Shown here: one piece after another, positions 35,650 to 46,528 of the stretch
Numbering within the stretch: the first letter of the stretch is position 1
Layout: each line of letters opens with the position of its first letter
DNA from: Octopus bimaculoides
Taxonomy: Eukaryota
Reading direction: 5' to 3'
Assembly: GCF_001194135.2 (NCBI RefSeq)
Contig: NC_068982.1
Span: forward strand, 70,600,994-70,653,521
DNA length: 52,528 bases
Notes under the pieces: model-generated
The model's database searches: none
What the model was told of the DNA's origin: nothing
Seen by the model: only the letters and a program-made list of their open reading frames with translations
Translations under genes and position numbers: made by a program

Positions 35650-36310
35650 TAAAGGTGCAGGTGTGGTTGTATGGTAAGAAGTTTGCGGCGAGCTGGCAGA
35701 AACGTTAGCACGCCGGGCGAAATGCTTAGCGGTATTTCGTCTGCCGTTACGTTCTGAGTTCAAATTCCGCCGAGGTCGACTTTGCCTTTCATCCTTTCGG
35801 GATCGATAAATTAAGTAGCAGTTACGCACTGGGGTCGATGTAATCGACTTAATCACTTTGTCTGTCCTTGTTTGTCCCCTCTATGTTTAGCCCCTTGTGG
35901 GCAATAATGAAATAAGAAGTTTGCTTCCCAACCATATGGTTTCATGTTCAGTTCCAAGCATGCCACTTTAGACAAATGTCTTCTTTTATAATCCTGGGTC
36001 GACCAAAGTCTTGTGAGTGGATTTGGTAGACAGAAACTGGAAGAACTCCATCATGTGTGTGTGTGTGTGTGCGTGCATGCATGCTACTATCTCCTTGCCT
36101 TGACATCACATGGTAGTTGTAAATAAGTGTCAAAGTATTGCTGTGTCCTTTGTTTCCAATATTCAGTGTAAACATACCTGGTCATGGGGAAATGTTATCT
36201 TACTTGGAAAACAGGTGAGAGGTGGCAACAGGAAAGGCATCCGGCCATTGAAAATTTGTCACAACAGATTCCATCCATGGGAAAATGAACATTAAAACAA
36301 AAATGATGTT
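35650..36310 (+). mobile_element. Older SINE (family C, CORE-like body, RTE-like tail) hosting a younger SINE
   Basis: Related copies at ~40375-40500 and ~40780-41140; tail GGAA(A/G)GGCATCC(A/G)GCC...GATG. Confidence 0.65.
35687..35912 (+). mobile_element. Young SINE family A, subtype B tail
   Basis: Perfect 12-bp TSD TAAGAAGTTTGC (35675-35686, 35913-35924); CpGs intact; tail TGTTTAGCCCCTTGTGGGCAATAATGAAA. Confidence 0.92.
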
Positions 36311-36499
36311 GATAAATACCACACATATAATTACTCCTGCATTTACAACTTACTGCCGATATCCTGGTAAATTAAGACAATGTAAAATAAAGTATCTTAA
36401 TCTGAGAAATTATTTACTGCAAATATGAAATGCTGTTGTTCTTATTTTATAATTTAAAATTTACATAATGAATAAATTACATTTTATTATATTTAAAAT

Positions 36500-36522
36500 T
36501 TTTCTTTTCTATATTTCTGCAG
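36500..36522 (+). promoter_or_regulatory. Splice acceptor of the glycosyltransferase coding exon
   Basis: TTTTCTTTTCTATATTTCTGCAG| then a 35-nt leader to the ATG at 36558. Confidence 0.75.
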
Positions 36523-36557
36523 ATCTGCCACGCCTGGATACTAATCGGAATTCCATC

Positions 36558-37583
36558 ATGCAGGGGATACCAAAATTACCTCTCAAAACCCTTTCCTTAG
36601 GGTCTTTTTTTATATTCATTCTCCACTGGTTGGTAAAATTTGAGCAGGTGCGTGAACATGGCAGTTTCTATGATTTAAATATCGCTGTAGAAAAGGACTT
36701 CCAACCTTATGGAATGAAAGAACCAGAATTGTTCCCTGTTACAGGAGTAAGAAGAATTCCAAAAATTATCCATCAGACATGGAAGGACAAAATGGTACCT
36801 CGGAAACTGACATCTTGGGTGAAATCATGGGTTAAAAATCATCCTGATTGGGAATATTGGTTATGGACAGATGCCAGTGCTCGAGAAATGTTGGCTGATA
36901 AATATCCTTGGTTTCTGTCAACATTTGATAATTATCCTGAAAATATTCGACGGGCTGACGCTCTGCGATATTTTGTACTTTATGAATTTGGAGGTGTTTA
37001 TGCCGATATGGATATGGAAAGTTTCAAATCTATTGACCCATTATCCTTGAAATATTCCTGTTTTCTTGGACAAGAACCATACGAACATCCTGTTTTGGAT
37101 TCTAATTTTGAACATATTGTAATCAATGCCATCATGGGTTGCCGTAAAAATCACCCTTTTATGAAAAAGGTAATGGAAAGTCTGCCAGATTTCTCACACA
37201 TGTGGAATGTCCTCGACAGCACAGGTCCACATTTTTTAACTCTCCACTACCGTCAATACCAGAAAAATAATTTACCCCCTGATGTCGATGATGGGGTTTA
37301 TTTAGCACCAGCTGAATATTTCTTTCCAACAATTGACCCTGCAAAATTTTTCTGGATGCGGACTCAATGCGCTAAGTTCGACAAACTCACCAATATTCAA
37401 CAGAAGGCATGCAAAAGCCTTAAAGTAAAAGGTATCAAGCGGACAATACCTTCAATATCTTTTGCTACACATCATTGGATTCATACTTACCTAGATCTGA
37501 GCATCACATTGAAGGGACCTGTTGAAATTCACACTGTCGTTCCACAGGTGAAAATATATAAAAGTAGTAAAACTTTGAGTTAG
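36558..37583 (+). CDS. GT32-family DxD glycosyltransferase (Gly_transf_sug; SUR1/CSH1/OCH1-like), 341 aa, probable type II membrane protein
   Basis: Intact ORF; hydrophobic anchor LSLGSFFIFILHWLV; IPKIIHQTWK, WEYWLWTD, RADALRYFVLYEFGGVYADMD (DxD), HPFM, STGP and HHWIHTY motifs; AATAAA at 37603-37608. The ORF track ATG at 36468 is upstream of the acceptor and probably intronic. Confidence 0.9.
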   Translation: MQGIPKLPLKTLSLGSFFIFILHWLVKFEQVREHGSFYDLNIAVEKDFQPYGMKEPELFPVTGVRRIPKIIHQTWKDKMVPRKLTSWVKSWVKNHPDWEYWLWTDASAREMLADKYPWFLSTFDNYPENIRRADALRYFVLYEFGGVYADMDMESFKSIDPLSLKYSCFLGQEPYEHPVLDSNFEHIVINAIMGCRKNHPFMKKVMESLPDFSHMWNVLDSTGPHFLTLHYRQYQKNNLPPDVDDGVYLAPAEYFFPTIDPAKFFWMRTQCAKFDKLTNIQQKACKSLKVKGIKRTIPSISFATHHWIHTYLDLSITLKGPVEIHTVVPQVKIYKSSKTLS

Positions 37584-38687
37584 TGGGTGATAGTTTCCAA
37601 ATAATAAATTGTTCTACATTGAAATTGTTCATAAATGATCAGAAACGTTGTTCATGCAAGAACCATGGTTAAATGGATGTTGGTGTGGGAATAATTGATG
37701 GCAGTGAATGTGACTCGATGCTTCATTTGACTCTTGGATATTTCTTTTCTTATTTTTTTTTTTTATACTTCTGAGGAAAAAAAAATTATATTTTTATTTT
37801 ATTACAATTTGTCTATCACTTAAAAAAATATATTCATATATTTTTTTTAACGAAACTTGTCTCAAAAAAAAAAACAACAACAAAAATTAACAAACCATGA
37901 TGTGTGATAAATTTTGGGAGAATGTCATTGGTTCAGTAGGCCTTTGTAATAATCATTTCTGTTATAAGTCATTTAAACATTAAAACAAAAATTGATCAAG
38001 AATTGGAATTCCACCTTAAAAAATGGAATTTGTCTATCAAGCTGGAATTATTCGTTTCCATGGAGAGAAGCTATGGCTTTACTCTTAACAATTTGGGGTT
38101 CATAATTATTAGAAGACATAATTGAATGTGTGAAACTCATTAAGAAAAAAATAAAACTACAAGAGGCATTCAATAAATATCTGGGTCTTCTCATATTAGC
38201 CTCTTTATTGGAAATAAAGTTTCAAATTGATGGATTTTTCACTATAAAGTTCTTAGAAGATCATTTCCAGCTTGGTTGACACCTAAAATGAGCAGGAATA
38301 TGGCAGATCTTGAGCAAACAAAAGACAGATCTTGAACATTGTAAAGCAGAGAATTGGTGAATCGTTAAAGCATTGAAAACAGTATCATTCCAGCTCTCTA
38401 TGTTCTAAGTTCAAATACTGCCAAAGTCAACTTTGACTTTCATCCTTTCGAGGTCAATAAAAAAGTACTTGTCTTATACCAGGGTTGATTCTTCTCTTTT
38501 TCTCTCTCTCTCTCTCCTTTCATTCTTGAACAAATCAGCTGTGGTCAGATACGGAGAAGCATGGGATCTGCCAGATCTATAAGCACTTAAGATATGCAGT
38601 TTTACAACAGTCACCCTATGACTCTATCAGAATTTGAAGGCCTGAGATTTGCATTCTGTCATAAAATGCATCATGGACAATGATTAA

Positions 38688-38911
38688 CCCTTTAGCATCC
38701 AGTTTTCTCTGTCAAATGTAATACTTATTTATTCACTTTGTTTTGCAGTAATCATACATTACTTTGTTTTTTTTTTTGAGATTTTGATGATGTGATCACT
38801 TATTTTTAGAATAACATTGTAGTGTCAGTGTGAGAGGCAGGATCTAGCTGATTTGAACATAAAGCAGGTAGGATATTTTGGTCAGATGTTGCCAGTTTAA
38901 ATCCTAAAGAA
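38688..38911. mobile_element. piggyBac-type MITE, degenerate; partial copy at ~33067-33140
   Basis: TTAA|CCCTTTAGC left end; degenerate CTAAAGAATTA right end. Confidence 0.5.
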
Positions 38912-38948
38912 TTACATAATATAACACACTTAAGCACTGACCAGTTCC

Positions 38949-39192
38949 AGTAAGAGATGTCAGCAGTAAACATAAGTACTATGAGAAGACTTTGCCTTTG
39001 TTGTATATATGAGATGTGTTAGAATATGCTTAACTGGATTGTCCCCTTAACCCTTTTGTTACCATATTCTAGTAAGAGATGTCAGCAGTAAACATAAGTA
39101 CTATGAGAAGACTTTATCTTTGTTGTATATATGAGATGTGTTATAATATGCTTAACTAGATTGTCCCCTTAACCCTTTTGTTACCATATTTC
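38949..39192. repeat. 122-bp direct tandem duplication
   Basis: AGTAAGAGATGTCAGCAG...TTACCATATT starts at 38949 and 39071, with few mismatches. Confidence 0.92.
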
Positions 39193-39790
39193 TGTTGAAA
39201 TACACTGCCTTTGTTTCAATTAATTTTGAAAATTATGAAGTATTTACTAAAATCACTTTGTCATTGTTAAACCAGTATTTAGGATTGCGAAGACTTAGTG
39301 GGGCAAGCGAAAGCGAAATTGGGATGGCACTTGTGCCCAGCGTCGCTTTTCTGGCACTTGTGCTCGTGACATGTGTAAGGATTTTCGAGCGAGATCTTTG
39401 CTAGTGCCCCTGGACTGGCTCTTGTGCAGGTGGCATATAAAATACACCATTTTGAGCGTGGCCGTTGCCAGTACCGCCTGACTGGCCTTCGTGCCGGTGG
39501 CACATAAAAGCACCCACTACACTCTCGGAGTGGTTGGCGTTAGGAAGGGCATCCAGCTGTAGAAACTCTGCTAAATCAGATTGGAGCCTGGTGTAGCCAT
39601 CTGGTTTCACCAGTCCTCAGTCAAATCGTCCAACCCATGCTAGCATGGAAAGCGGATGTTCAACGATGATGATGATGATGATGAAGTTAACTTGAAATTT
39701 CGGTGGAACGTTTTAATCTAAATTACTTTAAAACTGGGAGTTAGTATCATGGAATCTGGAGCAGTCACAAGTAGGTTAGTATCAAAAGAG
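39173..39790. mobile_element. piggyBac-type MITE with nested SINE
   Basis: TTAA|CCCTTTTGTTAC ... GTATCAAAAGAG|CTAA. Confidence 0.55.
39285..39687 (+). mobile_element. Young non-LTR repeat ending CCAACCCATGCTAGCATGGAAAGCGGA..(GAT)n (RTE-tailed SINE)
   Basis: Near-identical inverted copy at 42718-43050; shorter copies at ~30620, ~33440, ~41150, ~41700 and ~43770. Confidence 0.8.
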
Positions 39791-42717
39791 CTAAAACAGG
39801 AATTTTGTATCATAGAACCAAAAGCAGTCTTGGCCAAGTTAATATTAGTTTCACATTTTGGCACAAGGCCAACAATTTCAGGAGAGAGGGTAAGGTTGAT
39901 TACCTCAACCCCAGTATTCAACTGGTACTTATTTTATCAACCCCGAAAGGGATGAAAGGCAAAGTTGACCTCAGAATGTATAGAGACGGACGCAAAACCA
40001 CTAAGCATTTTGTCCAGTGTGCTAACAATACTGCCAGCCTGCTGCCTTATTGGCCAGGTTAATATTAAAAAGTTAAGATAGAAAGATAGTGTCACAGAAC
40101 CAAGGGAGGTCTCAGGTGTGTTGGTTTTAAAAGAGTTAAAGTACATTTAAGGGAGAATTTGAACCCAGTATGGCAAGCTAACAGAATCCTCATCAGGTTT
40201 TCCAAAGCTGCTACTTATAGTTAGCTATTTGCTGTCTATCTGTAATACACATATTCACAGTTTGTGCCCAGTTCTGACAAATCTGTGACTTTTTGGTTGT
40301 ATGTTGAATGTTATGTTATTCCTATCTGATAGGATTTTCCATGTGTACACACACCAAATAAATGGTGTGTCTGTAATATGGCCAAATGGTTAAGAAGTTT
40401 ACTTCACAACCACAAAGCCCCCAAGTTCAATCCCACTGCATGGCACTTGGGGCAAATGTTATTTTTTGCAGCCTCAGGCTCACTGATAACTTGTGAATGA
40501 AATTAGGTTGATGGAAACTGTATGCAACCCTGTCAGCTGGATTATTCAGAATGTACTGCCCTGTCACATATCAAATTATACTAATTCTACCTGGGAATTA
40601 TGTTAATTCAAGGGCAAGTAATTCAGTTGATTTAACAACTGAATCCTTATCACCAAACAGCAGAGATCTATGCCCACTATTATTTGGTCTTTATAGATAT
40701 TTTATATAATAAGTGAATGATACAAAAAGAAAAAAAACATTCATTGCATTGACAGAATATGAAATTTTAAATGTAATATTAGACGCATGATTGTGTGGTT
40801 GAGAAGCTTGCTTTCCAAATGTGGTCTTAGGTTCAATCTCACTGTGTGGTACCTTAGATTAGTGTCTTCTACTATAGCCCCAGGCTGAGTGGATTTGGTT
40901 GATGGAAACTGTGTGGAAGCTTGTATGTATTTGTGTGTATCCTTATCTTGACATCGTGATGATTGTAAATGAGCAAGCTATGTTTGTTTCTTCTATGCAA
41001 AATATGTCTGGTCATGAGGAAATATTAACTTGCCTAGGAACAGGTGAGGGTTGGTAACAGGAAGGGCATCCAGCCGTAGAAAATTCTGCCTCAACAAATT
41101 CCATCTGAGTGTGGAAAAGAAGATGTTAAATAATGATGAGGGATCCAACCGGGTTACCATCATCATTTAACGTTCACTTTCCATGCTGGCACAGGTTGGA
41201 TGGTTTGACCAGAACTGGCAAGCTAGAGAGCTGCATCAGGTTCCAGTCTGATTTGGCTTGGTTTCTACAGCTCGATGCCCTTCCAAATGGCAACCACTTT
41301 ATAGTCTGTGTTAGGTGCTGTTTATGTGGCACTGCAACAAGTGCTTTTACATGGTGCTACCATGAGCATTTTATGTGGCACCAGCACAAGGCTCTTGCAG
41401 GCCAATCCTCTTCAGGGGATGCAGCCTTAACGCTTCTGTGCGGGATGGGTCTTGATATATATATTTAAGAGAAGGTTGAGGATTTGATTCCAATACTGCA
41501 AGTTTATTGTGTCAAGTATATTAATTAATGATGCTAATTTCATGGGCTCTGGTGAATGGATAAACGGTGAAATCACTCCACTCCAATTAGGATTTTCACT
41601 CAGAACCTTGAGAGATGAAAACTAAATATTGTAATAGATTTAAACCTGCGTTCTACTGTTTTTTTGTCATGGGGAGTTAAAATGGTAAAAATGAGGATCA
41701 ACCAAGTTATCATCATCATTATTATTAACATACATTTTCCATACTGGCATGAGCTGGACAGTACAACAGAAATTGATGAGCCAGGAAACTGCACCAAATT
41801 CCAAAACATACTTTGGCATGGTTTCTATAACTGGAAGCCCTTCCTAATGCCATTTTTGAAGGTCCAAAGACATTGGATTATTTTTTGACAAGGGAAATAT
41901 CACCACTTGTAACGCAGCAATTTTCAGCGAAGAGAAAATGTAAACACACACACACAAATATGCATAAAAGTATAAAGTGGCCCTCTTTCAGTTTTCATCC
42001 TGTCACAAGATTTTGGTCAACCCAGGGCCATAAGAGAAAACACCTGACCTAGGTACCACACAGTGGGACTGAACTTGAAACCATGTAGTAAGGAAGCAAT
42101 TCATATAAATACAGAGAGCAGCACTTTAAAACTGACATGTTTTGCTCAGCTGCTTTTTTTTTTTTTTTTTTTTTCATGTGCTTGGTTTCCAGTTGTAGAA
42201 ACCAAACCAAACCAAAAACATATGAACAAGATAATATTGTCCCTTCTCTCCTCAGACCAATGGAGATGACTAGCAATGATTTATCTAACCCATGTCAACA
42301 TGGAAAGCAGATGTAAAACAACAACGATGATAATGTCCTAATATTTTCTTATTGGATTTACCCTGTGATGCATTTTTATTGCTGGTGCAGTTCTCTCTCC
42401 ATCCAGCTGTCCACATCTTGAATGTTTCATTAGGTGAGAGAGTCAAGACAATATCTATTATACATTTACTCATGACTACTTAAACACTTAAAGCAATTAG
42501 TAAATGCTGGTGCAGCCTTCCAGCTTGCCAATCCTGACCAAACTGTCCAACCCATTTCAGCATGAACAATGAATGTTAAATGATGATGATGGTATATGAT
42601 ACCCAGCCATACTTATCCATGAATGATTGCTGGCTCTTTGATGTTTTTATATCCAGTCTGTAAAATCCACTGACTTGTTCATCAAAATTTCTGTTTTAAG
42701 CACTTTAATAGTACTGT

Positions 42718-43050
42718 CATCATCATCATCATCGTTTAACGTCCGCCTTCCATGCTAGCATGGGTTGGACGATTTGACTGAGGACTGGTGAAACCGGATG
42801 GCAACACCAGGCTCCAATCTGATTTGGCAGAGCTTCTACAGCTGGATGCCCTTCCTAACGCCAACCACTCAGAGAGTGTAGTCGGTGCTTTTACGTGCCA
42901 CCAGCACGAAGGCCAGTCAGGCGGTACTGGCAACGGCCACGCTCAAAATGGTGTATTTTATGTGCCACCCGCACAAGAGCCAGTCCAGGGGCACTGGCAA
43001 CGATCTCGCTCGAAAATCCTATGAAGGCCAGTCAGGCGGTACTGGCAACG
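42718..43050 (-). mobile_element. Same family as 39285-39687, with short internal duplication
   Basis: (CAT)nCGTTTAACGTCCGC..CCATGCTAGCATGGGTTGG; GAAGGCCAGTCAGGCGGTACTGGCAACG occurs twice. Confidence 0.8.
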
Positions 43051-43159
43051 ATGCGATGAATATGAAGACTGAGATTAGCTGGGTGAAAGTGACAATGATG
43101 GAAAATGAAGATGTGCAAAACAGTGGTGAAGTCTAATCAGCTTGATTTTGATTTGCCTG

Positions 43160-43350
43160 AACTGGAAATATCAAAATTAGTCTTGTAGAACCTACTTCAT
43201 GGTGATGTGAGGAGAGGAAAACCTTGTCACACATCGGCAACTTGATCGCAGACACTGGCCTGGAATATATCCAGGACCTTGAGGTGATGATGTTGGACTG
43301 AAGAGTGTGGTGGGTTGACTTTGTTGGTGCAGCCCAGGTTGGAACCTGGC
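43160..43350 (+). mobile_element. RTE-type LINE 3' fragment
   Basis: SKLVL..HG..RGKPCHT..NLIADTGLEYIQDLEVMMLD*RVW-like. Confidence 0.65.
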
Positions 43351-44999
43351 CATAGATGAACCTCTCAAAGATAGCAAAAAGACCATGACAACAGAGAGAC
43401 GGTTGGAATGGAATGAGTCGGAACAAATATGAAGTATCTCATCTGACATTTTAAAAATTTTGCCAATATGCTGCACTTTATTAACCCTGAAAAGATGAAA
43501 GGCATTTCTGAGCTAGAAAGCATACAGCAATGTATTTTGCCCTAAACTCTTCACACTACTACAAATCCACCCTATTCCCCTTTATAGTGGTATTAATTCT
43601 CCTGAGTGACTTAGTCTTAAGTGGACAGCTTTCGAATGATTCAATTACATGAGACTGACTTGTGCTAGAGAAACAAAGTCTTTAGTTGTAACCCAACAGG
43701 CCACTAAATTTGAAGATGTGCAATTATCAACTCCTGTTAGTAATAACAAAGAGATATTGAGTGTATCATGTCATCATCATCATCATCATTATTTAACAAC
43801 TGTTTTTCATGCTGGCATGAGTTGGACAGTTCAACAGAAGCTCACAAGCTAAAAAACTACACAAAACTCCAAAGTTTGCTTTGGCATGGTGCTTAAGGCT
43901 AGATGCCCTTCCTAATGCAAACCACTTTACAGTGTACTGAATGCTTTTTATGTGGTACCAGCACTGGAAAAGTCACCAAGTAACTAAGAGGAAGCAGTAT
44001 TAAGTGGGGTGGCTTTATGCTAGGTAACAAGAGACTAAAGCATGACAGAGGGACAGGAACAGCTATCTTGCAGTAGAGGAGATATATTGTTACTGCAACT
44101 GGGAAAAAAAAAAAAAGAAAATGGTGGTGGAGAGGTGTCAGGGTGCACCCTCAGGTTACAAGGTGAATATAAGAGAAGTAGCATAGATGGGTATAGCAGT
44201 CCTTGAATACAAGAACAAAAGATTTTTTACAAGAAACTAGCATATATAGCTGATCCAAAAATATTGTACAATATTGGTTTGTTTTTGATTAGGCACAAAG
44301 GCACTTAATGCTAAAAATTAGGAAATAAGATAGTGCAATATCCATGCTCTTTCCAAAGGGATATATACATATATATTATGGTCCTGAAAGGGTAAAAAAA
44401 TCGAAGTATTTCCAAAACATCACTCAACCTGAGCTTGAGGTTATCTACACTCTTTAATTGGAGTGCCATTCTAATGTATAAAACCACAAATATTACTTTT
44501 TACATGCAATGATGTTAAAAACAGAGTAATACTGAAACAATTGTAACTGGTCATTTAAGATGTGCTAAACTCTTTCTTTAATTTTTGTTTGGATTATAGA
44601 TAGATAAAATAAAGGTGATAAAGTGTCAGGGTGTCAAAGTGAATAGGAGTGAGAATGGTTGGATTCAAACAAGCAGTGCTATTAATACAAAATGGTTTTG
44701 AGCATTGTGCACCCTGCAAGACATTCTCTCCTCACAAATTCCAGCCTGGCCTTAGGTCCCCAAGGTGTTTCTCTATGGTCACTTGATCTGCTAGAAATAG
44801 CAACCAAATATGTCTTTGATCATTCTATCATCTTAAAAAAGTATAGGATATTTGTTATCTGCAAAAGACAAGATGATCATGACTGGAACACATCTGTACA
44901 TTGATTTGTTTAAGAGTTGACCTGAGATTAAACAAATATTCAGTCAAAACATGTTAAACTGCCCTCCTGCTTCACAAAAGAAAACTTCCATTCTCTCTC

Positions 45000-46240
45000 T
45001 ACACCACTTCATACTCTATGTAAAATATAGTCACTCTGAGTGAAAACTTCTCAAAATACTACAGTGTATATGGAAAGCTTTTTGACATTAGCAGGCTATT
45101 CGTTTCTGGTTGTTGTGTGCATATAACTCAGGAAGGCATTACTTCTGAATATTTTATCAAGGCTCTGTTATAGGTCCAACTCTTCCTCCTCTACATCGAC
45201 AATCTTCATGCCAATGTTCTATTCATCAATATTTATGCTGACAATACTACTCTTTATTTTGTGGTCGTCCTGGCAATCCCTCTTCTTTGAAACAGTCGGA
45301 ATTTGCTGCTAATTTTGACATGGATCGGCAGTTAAGAAATGGAACAAGAAGTGACTAGTAACTTTTAAGCCTAGCAAGACCAAACTCAAGCCTTTCAGTA
45401 GGAAGTGGGATACCTTCTGTATTGTGTTCTTAAATTTTGATTTGAAACAAATTAGAGTTTGGAATTTATTTCACTGCACTGAAGTTTATGTTTGTTTTCA
45501 ATGTTTTTTTTTAATTATTACTATTATTTGGGAATTTAGAAGTGACTAGCAACTTTTAACCCTGGCAAGACCAACTCAAGCCTTTCAGTAGGAAGTGGGA
45601 TACCTATCTACCTCCCATTTATACAAGTTATAGGTCTGAGGTGTCACATGGTGAGACAGTCAAATCACTAGAGAGTAGGTCTTCTACAAAATTGCTTGGT
45701 CTTTAATTTCTCAGCTAATCTTTATTGGGGTTCATACATTGTCAGTTGGTAGGTTTGCATCTCATAAGGTGTGTGGGGGGAGGGTGTCATTGTATAGATC
45801 AAAGGATAACCTCACATCTTTACAAGTCCACAATTCATCCTCATATAGAATACTGTTCTCATATTTGGGCAGGTGCACCATCATGTCACTTGGATCTCCT
45901 CAACCAGCTTCAGAAGCAAGTCTCTAATCTGATTGGTCCCTCTCTTGCTTTAACTCTGCAGCCTTTGTCACATCGATGTAATGTTGTCAGTCTTAGTCTT
46001 TTCTATCATTAGTGCCACAGAAAGTGCTCTGATGAACTTTCTCTTTAATCTACAACAATTTGTGTCATCTCACTTGACTTGAGACTCACAGCTAAATGTT
46101 GCTGAGCTTCCACAAACAAGGAAGTCTTTTTACAGTTGTAGCCTTTTTCCTTAAACTGCTAAACTTTGGAACTTTCTTCCATTTCATTGTTTCCCCCCTT
46201 CTTATAACGTGAACTCTTTCAAGCCTAAAGTAAATTCATT
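45000..46240 (+). mobile_element. Decayed CR1/L2-group LINE RT 3' part
   Basis: QGSVIGPTL..YIDNL..INIYADNTTLY; LYKSTIHPHIEYCSHIWAGA..LQPLSHRCNVVSLSLFY; ~65-bp internal duplication (~45345 and ~45538). Confidence 0.8.
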
Positions 46241-46466
46241 GTTTTCATCATAATTTCTCCTTTTTGCTTGGGACTTACAAAACAAAAAATAAAAAGCAAA
46301 GCAACCAGTCATGATGCTGTCCCGTCAACTACCCTCATGCTCACCAAGTTCTTCACCAAAATAAAATGCCTTAATAGACTACAAAACAAACGTAAACAAA
46401 AGTCATTAATGAAGAAAATTAAATTCAGGTAACTGAAAAAATAATTTGCACATTGGTTCTGAATGA

Positions 46467-46472
46467 TTTATT
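46467..46472 (-). terminator. AATAAA polyadenylation signal for WDR18
   Basis: About 57 nt past the stop codon on the minus strand. Confidence 0.55.
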
Positions 46473-46528
46473 ATATATTTGATGTGTGTGTTTTATACAA
46501 ATTTTCTGAAAATGAAACGATGGAAATG

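Noticed and set aside
36468-36557. N-terminal extension MNKLHFIIFK... of the glycosyltransferase
   Set aside because: Overlaps a polypyrimidine tract and acceptor; the ATG at 36558 gives a clean signal-anchor.
36558-37583. Bacterial contamination as the source of the GT gene
   Set aside because: Splice acceptor, polyA signal and host SINEs on both sides show it is embedded in the host genome.
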